A stretch of DNA of 64,000 nucleotides from Eledone cirrhosa (taxonomy: Eukaryota), in NCBI GenBank assembly GCA_964016885.1, contig OZ024748.1, forward strand, positions 54,188,001 to 54,252,000. Direction: 5' to 3'. How positions within the stretch are numbered: the stretch's first letter is position 1; the number at the start of each line of letters is the position of its first letter. Under the pieces are notes generated by a model. That model searched no databases, was not told where the DNA came from, and saw only the letters and a list, made by a program, of their open reading frames with translations. Below are positions 28,349 to 42,813 of this stretch, piece after piece. A program made the position numbers and the translations under genes.

Positions 28349-29269
28349 CACACACACACGCACACACACACACATATACATATATATATATTACACATAC
28401 ATACATTTTTTTTCTAAGCTGTGCAACCATGCAGTCACTGCATTGGTGTGGCACACATCAAAATGTTGCCTCATTAGATTTGAATTAAAAAATGTTATGC
28501 TAAAGCCATCAAACGTTCTACTCAGTGGTTACAAAGTATTAGAGCAAATATTATTGCCCACATAGTATACTTCAATACATTCTCTCCACAACAGTATTGA
28601 GTACTATAATGATGTTGTCTATATGTACATCAATCTTTAGATTGAAACAATGCTGGGGCATTTCAATTTGGTTATATCAACGTTGGTATTCTGTCTGGTA
28701 AATTATTTTTGATATGAAGTTGATCCTGTGTATGTATGCAGCAAGAACAATGGGTACTTACAGAGAAAGAAATATATTTATAAAATAAAATAAACAGTGG
28801 AAGCTACAGACAAACTATCTTGATACAGATATATGACTAGAAGTTGTGACATCCTGGGTCCTATTAACCGTTGGCTGGACTCCTAGGCTTTTACATATTT
28901 CTAGCCTTTTCTGACACTTCAATCGTTCACCCACTTCAGGAAAATAAAATGAGAAAAAGTTAAGAGCCCCTAGTCAGCCTTACAAAGATACAAGCCTGGG
29001 GATTTCTATGAAATAAAGTCCATGAACTACTTACATAACATACTAGTGGTTGTAACTAGTTTTAGTTAGCTAGGTGACATAATTTATAGTAGAAATAGTT
29101 GTTGCTAGAGTGCCATATAAGTTACTTTTGATGACAAACAATTGGTTCCTTTTTCAGTTTATAAGCAAACTGGTTATGAAGCATGTGATAGAGGGTGCTG
29201 CTGCCATCTGGTTTTAAAATATCTACTACTGTGAATAAGGGGGAAAGAACTGTGAAGTGAAGAGAAGAG

Positions 29270-29470
29270 TAGCGGCAAAAAAATGTGCAGAATAAGTGAT
29301 GTGGCAAGCAGAGATAGTTGTGCTGGTTTAGAGATGCAATGTCAATAGATGTAAAAAAAAAGTGATGGTGTGTGTACCACAATGGAAGATGTTTGTAGCA
29401 GAGAAAGATCAAGGAAGACATGACAATAACTGGTGATATCAGACCTAAAGACATTGAAACAGTGACTATG
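29270..29470 (+). mobile_element. Highly degenerate RTE LINE 3' fragment
   Basis: TTGTGCTGGTTTAGAGATGCAATG..GTAGCAGAGAAAGATCAAGGAAGACATGA corresponds to a decayed 'LRWFGHVMR..GRGRPRKTW'. Confidence 0.6.
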
Positions 29471-29651
29471 ATAATGATCACACACCCATCATCATCATCA
29501 TTTTACGTCCGCTTTTCCCTGCTTGCAAGGGTGGGATGGGAACTGATTCTGGCTTGATTTCTACAACTGGATGCCCTTTGTAACACCAATCTCGTTTACA
29601 GTGAGTGCTGGGTGCTTTTTTGCAGTGGAATGATAGGGACCCTAGTCCTAT

Positions 29652-29790
29652 CATCTCATTTCTCCAGCTGAGTAAACTGGAGCAATGTAAAATAAAGTGT
29701 CTTGCTCAAGGAAACAACACATCACCTGGTCTGAGAATTGAACTCACAACCTTTCAATTTCAAGCCCAATGCTCTAACCACTAAGCCATA
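29652..29790 (-). mobile_element. tRNA-derived SINE, family S3
   Basis: AAGTGTCTTGCTCAAGGAAACAAC..GAATTGAACTCACAACC..CTCTAACCACTAAGCCA, an A/B-box head on the minus strand. Confidence 0.75.
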
Positions 29791-29971
29791 TATCTTTAAA
29801 TATATTGAAGTAGAGGTTTGGTAGCTTGCTCGGGTAGTTTAAGCTTTTGACCTTCGCAAGCTTCTTCAGGGTACAGTCGAACCTCTACCTCATTAATATA
29901 CAAACTCTGCATCTCTCCATGCATCGAGTACTACTCTGATTTGTGGTCTTCCCAGTCTCCACAACAGACAC

Positions 29972-30007
<36 letters not shown>

Positions 30008-30409
30008 ACCAAACACTGCCAAGTTTGAAATATTAGAAGTCCCAATGCGCCACCAACCACCATTTCTCCACTCCACCCCTCCAGCCAACTCTTAGCTAAC
30101 CCTCCACTCACACATATTCGTTTATACACATACTCATACATACAAACATATACACAGACACACACAGAAAAATATTTTCAAATACATATAAACACAGTCA
30201 CGAACACACACACACATATAAACGCATATGCGCACAGACACCTTACCCTCACACATGCACACATATATATACACATACAAACATATATACTCATACACAC
30301 ACATATTTGAGTAAGATTTCTTTAATTTACTTAATGGCGGTGGTCTTTCTGTCTTACCACCCAATCATCTTTAAAGTAAGTTTTTCTCTTATTTCTCTCC
30401 TCCATCTCC

Positions 30410-31242
30410 ACCACCACTGTATCTGCCCCACCACCACCACCACCAGTCTACCATTACATCTCCACTACAACCATCACCACTACCACGGTATCTGCCCCCA
30501 CCACCACTACCACTGTATCTGCCCCACCACCAGTCTACCATTACATCTCCACTACCACCACCACTGTATCTGCCCCACCACCACCACCAGTCTACCATTA
30601 CATCTCCACTACAACCATCACCACTACCACTGTATCTGCCCCCACCACCACTACCACTGTATCTGCCCCACCACCAGTCTACCATTACATCTCCACTACC
30701 ACCACCACTGTATCTGCCCCACCACCACCACAGTCTACCATTACATCTCCACCACCACCACCACCGTATCTGCCCCACCACCAGTCTACCATTACATCTC
30801 CACTACCACCACTACCACCACCACTGTATCTGCCCCACCACCACCACAGTCTACCATTACATCTCCACCACCACCACCACCGTATCTGCCCCACCACCAG
30901 TCTACCATTACATCTCCACTACCACCACTACCACCACCACTGTATCTGCCCCACCACCAGTCTACCATTACATCTCCACCACCACCAGTCTACCATTACA
31001 TCTCCACTACCACCACTACCACCACCACTGTATCTGCCCCACCACCACCACCACCACTGTATCTGCCCCACCACCAGTCTACCATTACATCTCCACCACC
31101 ACCAGTCTACCATTACATCTCCACTACCACCACCACCACCACCACTGTATCTGCCCCACCACCACCACCACCACCACCACTGTATCTGCCCCACCACCAG
31201 TCTACCATTACATCTCCACTACCACCACTATCTGCCCCACCA
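30410..31242. repeat. Modular minisatellite
   Basis: Fixed modules CAGTCTACCATTACATCTCC and C(T/C)GTATCTGCCCC separated by variable (ACC)n. Confidence 0.95.
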
Positions 31243-31268
31243 GGACTATACATATATATAAATATATA

Positions 31269-31321
<53 letters not shown>

Positions 31322-31901
31322 GAACTGACCTTCCTCCTCCCATGTCTATAACTCATAACTCCTCCTCTCACTCTCTCATACCATCCATTCTTCATACTTT
31401 TTAACAGAGGAATGTTTATTTATTTGATATTTTATATATTTATCCATAAACATACAATGTGTGTGTGTATACACACATATATATATATATATATATACAT
31501 ACACACACATACATATATGTGTGTGTATACATGTGTATACATGTGTATATATATATATATATATGAAAACAATACTTGAATATCCATCAGATGGAGCGGC
31601 AGGCAACTGTAGTTTCTTGCTTAAGCATCCGACACATGGAACATAATTACTAAAAGATGTGGAATTGAATTGTCTGCAAGGGGTTGTGTGAGTGTGAGAG
31701 AGAAAGAAAGAGAGCAAGTGTGTGTGTATATGAGAGAATGTGTGTGAGTGTGTGTGTGTGTGTATGAGAGAATGTGTGTGTGTATATGAGAGATTGTGTG
31801 TGTGTGTGTGTGTGTACATATGATTTGATGGATAGAGGGATGAAAGTATTTTTTATTCTAACTTTGTATGTATGTATATATATTTGTGTGTGCAGGCATG
31901 C

Positions 31902-31987
<86 letters not shown>

Positions 31988-33263
31988 ACGTGTGTACATG
32001 TACAGGCATGTGTGTGTTGTTTTGTGTTGTCACAGATAGAAATTTAGATACAGAATTGGAATTTCTTTATAAAATGTATATATTTCTACCTAGAAATGCT
32101 TTCATGAGTATATATGTGTGTATGTGTTTATTGACACATTCATATGTGGATGACATATTTAGGTGACTGAGTGGGTGAATTGATGGATGGATTGTTAGAA
32201 AAATAGATAGATAGAAGTCTCTTTCTTATCAGATATGAGTCTGTCCTATATATATATATATTATACACACATACACATATATATATAACCCAAGCAAGCA
32301 TGGAAAAATAGCTGTTATATATATATATATTGAGATAGGTGGGGCGTGTCCCCCAAATATATACACACTTCAACAGCATTCTAATCAATGTGTGTATACA
32401 TTTTTTGGGGACACCCTGTATATATATATATATTGTGAGTGTATTTCTAACAAAATGCACTCTATTTCAATTAATTACTTTAGGATTTACTAAAATTATT
32501 ATTTCATTACTAAGTTAATATCTTAACATATGTTTTCTATATAAAATTATATTGGAGGATTTTAATATAAACCTTTTAAAATAAGTGGTTTTGTTTTATA
32601 GAAACAGCAGGTTTTGGGCGGGTTTGATATCAAAATGGTTAAATTATTAAAAACTGTAACATTTCTTTATTCCTACCATCCCTAAAACAATTTGTAATCC
32701 CCCCTTATACTCATGTATCTTTTAGCTTCACATTTGGTCAAATGAGGGCCAGATTGTTCTTTTGAGGTCTTAAGCACTTAAAAGATTTTGTTTCCCCCAT
32801 ATATAAAATCTGCCCCAAATTTTGTTTTTAGAATGAATAACAAATACATTTATTTTAAATAAAATAGTCTCCCTCTTCTCTTGATGTCCTAAGTATGTGT
32901 TTACTTTGCTTAATGGTTAATCCAGGCTCAGGCCAAATATCTCGATATTCGGTAGCCCTTTTCGGTATTTGATGATTCTTGGAGGATGAAACATGTATTT
33001 GCTTGGTAGTAATTTAACTTTCTCAGCTAAAATAAACATTGATACTATACTCCCTGCATCATTATTACCAGTATTGGGTTCTTTTTTTTGTTTCTAGTTT
33101 TATGGTTATTTGTTTCAATTGGTGTTAGGAAAGGCATCCTGCCAGTTAAGTACGGATGTGGTCTGTGATGGCTTGTTCAACCCATAGGCATTTAATGATT
33201 ATAAAAATGACGATATACATATATGTGTTTTGATGGATTGCTAGAAGTATTTGTAAAAGTGTG

Positions 33264-33302
<39 letters not shown>

Positions 33303-33682
33303 TGTGTGTAAATATATAAATATATCTATGTGTCTCAGTCTGTTTATTAATAGATATGTATGTATACAGTTGTATGCTTGTATGTGTTTGATTATTTGAA
33401 CGAGATGGGAATAAATATTTATGTGTGTGTATATATGTGCATACAAAACGTGTGTTCATGTGTGTATGTATATATGTATGTGTAAGTGAAATTTTATCTC
33501 ATATTTTACTTCAGGCTCATATTTTATTCCCACGTTTAGCCAAGTATATATACACCCCATTGTTAGCTATGTGGCTATATATATAAATATATATATATAT
33601 AGATCATATTCGCCTGTAGTTCAGTATATAAACCTACATATGTGTATGTATGTATGTATATATATATATATATATATATATT

Positions 33683-33740
<58 letters not shown>

Positions 33741-33949
33741 TTTGTTTTTCTGTTTATATGTACAAGTATGTGTATGGTGAAATGAATATATGCACACGGG
33801 CATATGTATATATGACTATGTATATATACATATATATATGTATATAGATGTATATAGATATATGTAGATATATATGTATATATATGTGTGTGATTGTATA
33901 TATATGCATATATATATATAGATATAGATATACACATTTACATACATAC

Positions 33950-34177
33950 ATTTTTTCCCTGTTTTCGGTTGTTATGTCTTGTAATGAACAGTACAATGCC
34001 AGACCGTTTCTCCAGAGATTAATTAATAGCTAGTGAAGAATGTTTCAAATTCTATTCTGATCAACAAAATGTGCACTTATCTATAGAAGCTTGCAGAAAA
34101 GCGTATCATTCCATCCTTTAATCATGGTAGTTCATCTTCAGAGCCATCAAACAATAACAGTTCACAGATTATTCATT
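33950..34177 (-). CDS. Candidate alternative terminal exon (phase 2: (K)MNNL*, stop at 34164-34162) plus UTR
   Basis: Very long U-rich tract ending TTTTATTTTCTCTAG|AATGAATAATCTGTGA; about 230 nt of unique sequence; possible GTATGT donor at 33949. Confidence 0.5.
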
Positions 34178-36368
34178 CTAGAGAAAATAAAATGAAATAA
34201 AATAAAATATAAAATGAAATGAAAGAATAAATGTGATAAAGAAAACAACAACATCATCGGAAGAAGGAAAAAAAAGAGAAAACATCTACTTTTAAAAAAA
34301 TAGATATAAAGAATGAAAAGAATAAATAAGAGGGGGGGGGGGGGTGAAGACCAGCAAAAGAAAAAGAATTTTCTGGAGTTTAATATAAAGAATATATAAA
34401 AAGCAAAGTTGGAAAATAAAATACTTGACTCGATAAAAAATGAGGATTCTGCTTCTGTTGCTGCTGCTGCTGCTGCTACTACTACTACTACTACTAATAA
34501 TAATAATAATAATACCACCACCACCACGACTACTACCACCACCACCAACACTACTACTACTACTACTACTATTACTACTACTACTACTAGACATTATTAA
34601 TAGAAGCAGCTTCTAAATTAGGCACAAGGCCAGCAATTGTGTACAATTACTTAACACCTTCGTTACCATATTTCTAATGAAAGGCACTCACTGCCTCTGT
34701 TTTACTAATATTTTTTAAACTACTCAAGATTTTAGAGTGACTTACTAATATAACTATGGCTGCAAATTGTCAGAGTTGTTAGGGCATCAGATTGAAAATG
34801 GTTCAGTATTGTTTATGACTGAATACACTGTGAGTTCAAATCCCGCATAGGGAAAATTTGTCTTTTCATACATACAAGGCTGATAAATGAAATACCAACC
34901 CAGAAATGGGGCCCAATAGGGCTTATATATCTCTTTCTTTGGAAGAAATTAGCTATATATTAATACTTAACACCCTGTAATGATTTAGCAGAATATATCT
35001 AAAAAAATGTCTTTGTTAATTCCAATGCTTGCTTATGCTATCTTTACTGATGGACAGATGATTGGAAAAATTTACAGTATTAAACTAAAATAAAGATTTC
35101 AATTTTTAATGTGTGAGCTACTTGTGGAACAGCCCACCTCATAAGATGCCATGGCCACTCTGACCACTAATGCAAGTGTCTTTTCCATTCTACAGGAGCA
35201 TACTCAGAGCAGGCTCCTTCACACTGACAATGCTTGCCCCTTCCATCCACCTTTTCAACAGATTGGCTGGAAGACACCACTCCATCTCCTCCCAGCCAGT
35301 TAGTTGCACCATGTAATGTCTTAATAATGGCAATAATAAAACAACAACAATAATAATAGAATAAAAATGAAATATAAGAGATGGCTTAGGCTTCAACAGG
35401 ATAATAACAAAAGTATTTAGAAAAAAAATGTGGCCTTTTGGTAATTCATTATCTTCTTTCTTATTTCTCATCATTATTGTTGTTGTTGTCATTGTTGTCC
35501 TCATTCTTGATGTTATTGAAGCAGATGATGAAGATGATAATGATGGTGATAATGATGATGATGATAATGATGAAGATGATGATGGTGATGGTGATGGTGA
35601 TGATGATGATAATGAATGTGATAGTGGTGATGATGATAATGATGATGATAGTGGAGTGGGGTGGTTGGGTCAGGGTAATGTTTTCCTTTGTTTGTTTTAG
35701 AGGTGGGAAACTGACCTTTACAAAAAGGTCACATGTTAAGTTAACTCCCCCTTCTTCTCCTCCTCTGCTAATCTCAACCCATCCTGCTCCCCTCCCTCAA
35801 CTTCACCATTGCTTTTGTATGGAATGGAATGGAATGAAATGGTATGGAATGGTATAGAATGGTAGTGCCCAAGTCCATTCCAATCACATTCCCATTTTCT
35901 TTGGCTTTGCTTTGCCCTTTTTCTTTTTTGTCTTTCTAGTGTTGTCATTATTGTTGTTGGTGCTGCTCTCTTTGTTGTCAGCATGAGTGTGTGTGGTGTG
36001 TAGTGTGGTGTGGTGAGTAATGTGGTATGGTGTTGTGTGTGTATGGTGTGTGTGTGTAGATGTAGACATTTTTTAGTTGGTGGAATATGTAATAAATATA
36101 TGGTGTGTGATGTTATGTGATGTTAATTGCACTAGTTTGATAAAGCTATGGATGAGAGAGAGAGAGACAGACAGACATATAGACAGTCTAACTGATATGG
36201 AGATAAAGGGAGAGGGAGAAAATGTGTGTATCTGTGTAGGAGAAAGTGAAAAAAGAGATTAGATTTGATGAATAGAAATATCTTGTGGTGTGATACCAAA
36301 GTAGTATACATCTTTCTACTGAGAGGCAGATTGGATAGACACAAAAAAAGACACTATATATATATATA

Positions 36369-36551
36369 TATTTATTAAAATAACAGATTAAAGTTTAAAC
36401 AAAGAATCATTGGTTTCACCCTTAACAGGATCTTCTGCTTAAACTTTAATCTGTTATTTTAATAAATATTTGCTCTACAGTTCTTATATATTTGATATAT
36501 ATTTATCCTTATTGAGCCCTCTTTGGATTTAGTCTTCAAATTTATTATTAT

Positions 36552-36556
<5 letters not shown>
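36369..36556 (-). mobile_element. TA-inserted PLE/retrozyme-like element: 33-bp hairpin enclosing a hammerhead-like core
   Basis: Inverted arms 36369-36401 and 36437-36469; minus-strand loop CAGAAGA-TCCT-GTTA-AGGG-TGAAAC. Confidence 0.65.
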
Positions 36557-36625
<69 letters not shown>

Positions 36626-38975
36626 CTGTGTATGTATAGCCTGCCAAACAAAGGATCAGGAGGGTTCTTCATCTGTGTCAAAACTTCCCTAGTACTGAAA
36701 TCTACTCAGAAGAGTACAGGGAACATATGTAAATGAGATGTGGTTCCCCCCCCCCCCCCCCCCCCCCACCCTATCAAAGAGGTCAGTAGCTTCACTGGAG
36801 CACTGATTGGTCTGTGACAACATGTTCAACCCTTGCTACCAGAGAAAACAAATAGTAAACGACGATGATGATGATGATGATACACATACAACATGTGTTC
36901 CATATGTAAAGCATCATTTATATTTTCATATTTCAAAACCTGATAATAAACATAAAACACCTGTATAACCTGATATAGTTTACACTGATCCAGGTAGTAT
37001 ATAAAGGATTTCAGAAGTTAAAAGCCTCTTCTTTGTATAAAGATGTGATACAGTTACATACACACATGCCAATACTTATACATAGAGATAATTAGGAAAG
37101 TGGATGTTAAATGATGATATATATATATATATATATATATATAAGTGTATATATATACACATACTTATAGACTTATATGCATATATACTTATATACACAT
37201 TGAAACACCTACATCCACACACACAAACACACCTATATACATACATACATACATGCCTATATATATGTTTGCACATACACTCACACGTAGATATTCCCGA
37301 CCCTGTCTTCCACCAATGCTGCACCAATATTTACACACCCTCAATCCCCCCCCCCCCCCTCTTCCATTCTCCCTTCCTCTGTCATCTAGTCTCTACCCCC
37401 TCCACCATTTTCCCATCTTCCCCTATTCATAGTCCAAACTTTAATGCACAATTGATGAAGTCTTCAAGAAGTGACACCTCTGACCTTTTGAACTTTCCTA
37501 TGATGTTTTTCAGCTTGTGGATCTCCACAACCATGATGTATCTTGTTCAACTAGATTAGATTAGCTGAGTGAATTCATTAGATGCAATCCACAATAGCCA
37601 TTCTTTTCCTCCACTTTTGCTCCCTATTGCCACCACCTCTGTCACTATCTCCACCACACCACTGTCATAACCACTTCCACCATCATCATCTCCCCCCCCC
37701 CCCCCCGTCATAACCACCACTTCCATCACCACAACTACCAACACGATCAACACCATTATCATCACAACCACCATTTCTACCACCTTCAATACTGCCATAA
37801 CTACCTCCACCAGCACCACCAACATGATCAATGCCATTACCATTACAACCACCACTTATACCATCTTCAATTCTGTCAAAACAACCTCTTCTACCATCTC
37901 TACCACTAGTGCCACTAGCACCACCACCACCACCTCTGCAACTACCACAAACATCCCTACACCGTCACTACATCTACCATTACAGCCCACCATTACAACC
38001 ACAACCCTCACCACCTCCACCATAACAACTCCCTCTACCATCACCACCACCACAACAATTACAACCTACCATTCTCAAGTTCCAATACCACTCCCATCTT
38101 CTATTCATTTAACTAATTTCTCTTATTCAGTTGCATAGCTTTTATTTTCTGGTCTTTTAATGTTCTTAGATTTTCTCTTGGTTTGTTTTATTGTTTACTG
38201 TTTATCTTATGAAAGACATTGCCTAGCATTATTATCATCACCATCGTCACCATCATCATTATTTAATGTATGATTTTCAAATAATTTTTAAAACAATCAA
38301 GAATTTAGAGAGACCTAGTTATATAACAAACATTCTCATTTTTAATCTGGTGTTTGGAGCATAACTTAACAAAGGTTCCAACATAAAATCATGAGGGGAA
38401 GGCTTTTAGAGTAGTGTAAACACTTTAAAATAAACAGCTTTGTATTGTAGAACTAGGGGCGGTTTTAGGCAGTTTAGTATCAAACTGATTTAACTTTCTG
38501 CCAAAACAACAAAGAAGGTTATTCTGTAAAGAAAGCACAAGCACACTCACACACGTGGTGCTAACATGCTGTAAGTCTTTGGTGTTTGATCTTGGGATTC
38601 AAGTTTAACAATTATCATTTGTAATTTCATGCTAAAAGACATTCTTTGCTTTTTCCTTTAACTATTCTAGAGTGTAATTATTTTCTCAATCATAAAGTTC
38701 TATGGTGTTGATGATTATTTCCAGATTTGTAACATTAACCCTTTGTAGCCTGGCTCCCCTGCCATGGAAGCAGTATACAACCTTGTGTGTCTGCATGAAA
38801 ATCATTGGAAAAAAGATATTTGTCAATAACCAACCCTTTTAATGCCAAAATGCCTGAAACCGCTCTCTTTTCTATAGTATAAGGATGTTTATTTTAAAGT
38901 GTTTTCATTTATCTAAATAATTTCCATCATAAGATTGTCTAAGAACCTTTGTTATGTTTTGTTCCTTCATAAGGA

Positions 38976-39148
38976 TTTCTGATTTAGGCACAAGGCCATC
39001 AATTTTTGGAGAGAAAAAAGTACTTTATTTTATTAACTAAAGAAGGATGAAAGGCAAAGTTGACCTTCACGAAATTTGAACTCAGATGTAAAAGACTATC
39101 ACTAAATCCTGCAAAGCATTTTGTCCGATGCTCTAATGATTCTGCCAG
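38976..39148 (-). mobile_element. Older SINE S1 copy between two opposed M1 MITE pieces
   Basis: GGATGAAAGGCAAAGTTGACC..TTTGAACTCAG..GCTCTAATGATTCTGCCAG. Confidence 0.8.
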
Positions 39149-40496
39149 TCAAGAATTTGGAGGGATTTAGTAATATATCTTTCTCATTATTAAGCTGTTG
39201 TTTGGAACATAATTTAAAGCTTTTTACAGAAATTACGATGAAAGGTTTTTGAATAAATATCATAGAACCAGAAATGGTTTCAGGCAGTTTGGTAACAAAA
39301 GGTTAATCCCCCCCTCTCCCCCTCCCTCTCTCCCTTTATATATATAAAGAGAAAGAGAGAATGGGGCAGTAAAAACCCTTGAAAAGGCTTGCTGAATACA
39401 AGCCAAAACTGCTAGGCATCACTGTTCGATGTTTACCTTCTATACCCAATCTGCTTCTTCCCACAGACTTAATATATATACATAAAACCTAGTATCATGG
39501 AATCAGGTTATGATTTCAGGTGGTTTAGTAAAGAAAGGGTCAATGGTGAAGGAAACATGTAGTAAATAGACTTCAGACATAATTACAGGTAGGGGGTGTT
39601 TAGAATATAGTGGGTAGATCAGTTACATTTCAAAACATTCACACACCACCATGTAGGAAATGACACATGTGTTAAATGGTGTTTGACTAGCTGAACTACC
39701 CTTGCCTGCATGGAGGGAAAATACAGACAGACAGACATTAAAACAATGGCCTGAGCTAGCTGTGTGTATATATGTGTATGTACACACACACATACATAGT
39801 TAGGTATTCATACACGCATACCCACATCCACGCACACATATCATATACATATATATACATGCACATATATGTGTATGTGCATATATATCTTTGCCAATTA
39901 AGTAAAAAAAGAAAGGGGTACAAAGAAAATCTGTGTGAATACACCGTCAGTTCACTTCAGTTCCAAAAGGAAATGTATATATACATATACACAGACACAC
40001 ACACACATATATTTATATACACACATTTGCATGCATACTTATATATATGTGTGTGTGTGTATGTGTTAATTGATGTTTGTAAGGGTGGTTGCTGGCTGGT
40101 CAGTTAGATGGTCAGCCTATATTCATTAAATCAGCATAGTTAAGGGCCATTTGCCACTGTTGTAGTTTTTGTTAGTATTTTTTTATTTTTTGTAGTATTT
40201 TTTTTATCCTCTTGCTAACTGCTAATTACATTGTTGCTACCTTAGTTGTGTAGCTGGTTAGTTTGTAGCACACATGGCATGTCCACTGTCTCTTCCCTTC
40301 ACATAATCTCTCTCTCTCTCTCTCTCTCTCACTTGCTTGCTCTTGTTCTCTCTCTCTCTCTCACTTGCTTGCTCTTGTTCTCTCTCTCTCACTTGCTCTT
40401 GTTCTGTCTCTTGTTCTCTCTCTCTCTCTTGCTCTGTCTCTCTCTTGTACTCTCTCTCTCTTGCTCTGTCTCTCTCTCTCTCTCTCACTTGCTCTT

Positions 40497-40595
<99 letters not shown>

Positions 40596-40811
40596 CTCTC
40601 TCATATTAGTCTCTGATAGTCGACTTTTCAAGCTCCAGTTGTATTAGGTTTATTGATCATCTTGTATGTATGTGTGTATGTATATATGTGTAATGTAGGT
40701 ATTTATATATTATCTATGTTATGTATGTATCTATATATGTACGTATTTATGTATGCATCATGTATGTACGTATGTGTATATAGATGTGTTATATATGAGT
40801 ATATGTATGTG

Positions 40812-41012
40812 TGTTGGCAATTTGTCAGAATTGTTAGAGTATTGGGTATTTGTTCCAGATCTCTGCACACTGAGTTCAATTCCTTCCAGGATCCACTTGG
40901 TTTTTCATCATTCCAGGGTCGATAAAATAAAGTACCTGTTAAGTACTGGGGTTGATATAATCAGCGTTACCTCTTCCTCCAAAATACTGGCCTTGTGCCA
41001 ATGTTAAGAAAA
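40812..41012 (+). mobile_element. Older SINE S1 copy
   Basis: CTGAGTTCAATTCC..TTTTCATCATTCCAGGGTCGATAAAATAAAGTACC..CTGGCCTTGTGCC. Confidence 0.8.
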
Positions 41013-42047
41013 CTATCACCATCATCATCATCCTCCTCCTCTTCGTAATCAACATCATCCTCCCCTTTTTACTTCTCCCTCCTCCCCCTCCTCCTCATCA
41101 TCATCACCACTACCGTCATCTTTATCACCACCTCCATCACTACCATCATCATCACCACCACCACCATCATCCCATCACCACCACCACCATCACTACCATC
41201 ATCACCACCACCATCACTACCATCATTATCACCACCACCATCACTACCATCATTATCACCACCACCATCACTACCATCATCACCACCACCATCACTACCA
41301 TCATTATCACCACCACCATCACTACTCCATCACCACTACCTTCATCATCACATCAGCTACTGTTGTCAGAGATATACTGTAGACAATGTGATATTACATC
41401 AATCTTCAGTCTTATCTCACCACAGTAAAACTACTTTTATCTTTTTCTTCTTTGTTTTACTATTTTTTGTTTGTTGTTTCTTTTGGTTTGCTTTTGTAAA
41501 CTTAATCCTGTGGTTGTTAGTGGTGTGTAATGTGTAGTGCGTGTTGTCTAGTGAATATTATGTGGTGTGTACTGTGTAGTACGCAATGTGTAATGTGTGG
41601 TGTGTAGTGTGTGTTGTCTAGTGTGTAGCATACAATGTGTAGTGTGTAATGTGGTGTGGTGTGTGTAGTGTGGTGTGATGTTTGGTGTGTAGTGTGCAGT
41701 AATTCCTATTATTGCAGTTGTTGTGATTGTCTTCTGCCCTTACTCTATAATTTTCACCCACCAGCAGTTAAGGTTGTGATGGTGGTGGTGGTGTTGATGG
41801 TGTTTGTGGTGGTGGTGGTGTGGGATTATTTACCTATGTTATTATAGGTCTTTCCACTTAACAAATTAACTGTGTTCAATGAGCATTAGCTTGCCCATAA
41901 CTTGATTTAACGACAACAACAACAACTATTACTACAAGAACAGCAATGACAATTACAAGAACAACAAAAATAATAGCAGCAACAACAACAGTGACAACAG
42001 CAGCAACAATGACGACAACAACTGCAACAACAACAATAATAGCAGCA

Positions 42048-42084
42048 TTAGCAATGGCAGACATCTTTAGAAATGAGTTTCATT
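42048..42084 (-). CDS. Candidate alternative terminal exon (phase 2: (K)MKLISKDVCHC*; phase 0: NETHF*)
   Basis: Long U-rich tract ..TTTTGTTTCTGTTAAAACATTTTAG|AATGAAACTC. Confidence 0.4.
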
Positions 42085-42813
42085 CTAAAATGTTTTAACA
42101 GAAACAAAAGGAATAAAAAAAGAAAAATTAAGATGAAGATGAAAAAAGAAAAAAAAAAAACTCTTGCAGACATTCAAAATATACACAAACATTTATAATG
42201 ATGTATACTGACATTTATGCACATATATGTATATATATATTCATAGACATAGTAAGCTTGAACCAATCATTGCTATATACACGCACATATATAATATATA
42301 CACAATGTATATTATACACATACAGATACATATACTTATAAAGACATAGTAAAGCTGAACTAATTATTGCTAAATACACACTAGTCAATGCTATACTCAC
42401 ACATACAGACACATATAGACACATATATAGTTATATAGACCTAGCAAACCGCCACCAATCATTGTTAGATCAACAGGAAACAGTGATTTATTTTTTCTGT
42501 CTTATAATCTCTTTTGAGTTGTCTGTCTTGTGATTTGCTCACTATTGTCTCTTTTGGAAGGCATTTTCATTCAAGTGTTTGATAATTCCTCACTTTAGCT
42601 TATTTTTTGTTAACTCTCTGTGTGTGCATGTTAGCCTGTGTGAGTGTGTGTATGTCTGTCTATGTGTGTCTGTATGTTTGTGTGGGTGTTTTAGCATAAG
42701 AATAATTATCCAAAGAGGAAGGATAAAAGAGAGTACTCAATACAAAATGTAACAATTCCCTCTATTTGATACCCATATGGTAAATAAAATAATGTATTAT
42801 TATTATAACACAA

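Noticed and set aside
30307-31323. 338-aa H/P/T-rich ORF, extensin-like
   Set aside because: Minisatellite whose units shift frame continually.
35196-35316. Plus-strand acceptor TTTTCCATTCTACAG followed by open frames
   Set aside because: Isolated, with no partner exons on the plus strand; may be a LINE relic.
37427-37534. Minus-strand 35-aa ORF MVVEIHKLKNIIGKFKRSEVSLLEDFINCALKFGL*
   Set aside because: Short, in-frame stop just upstream, no pyrimidine tract.
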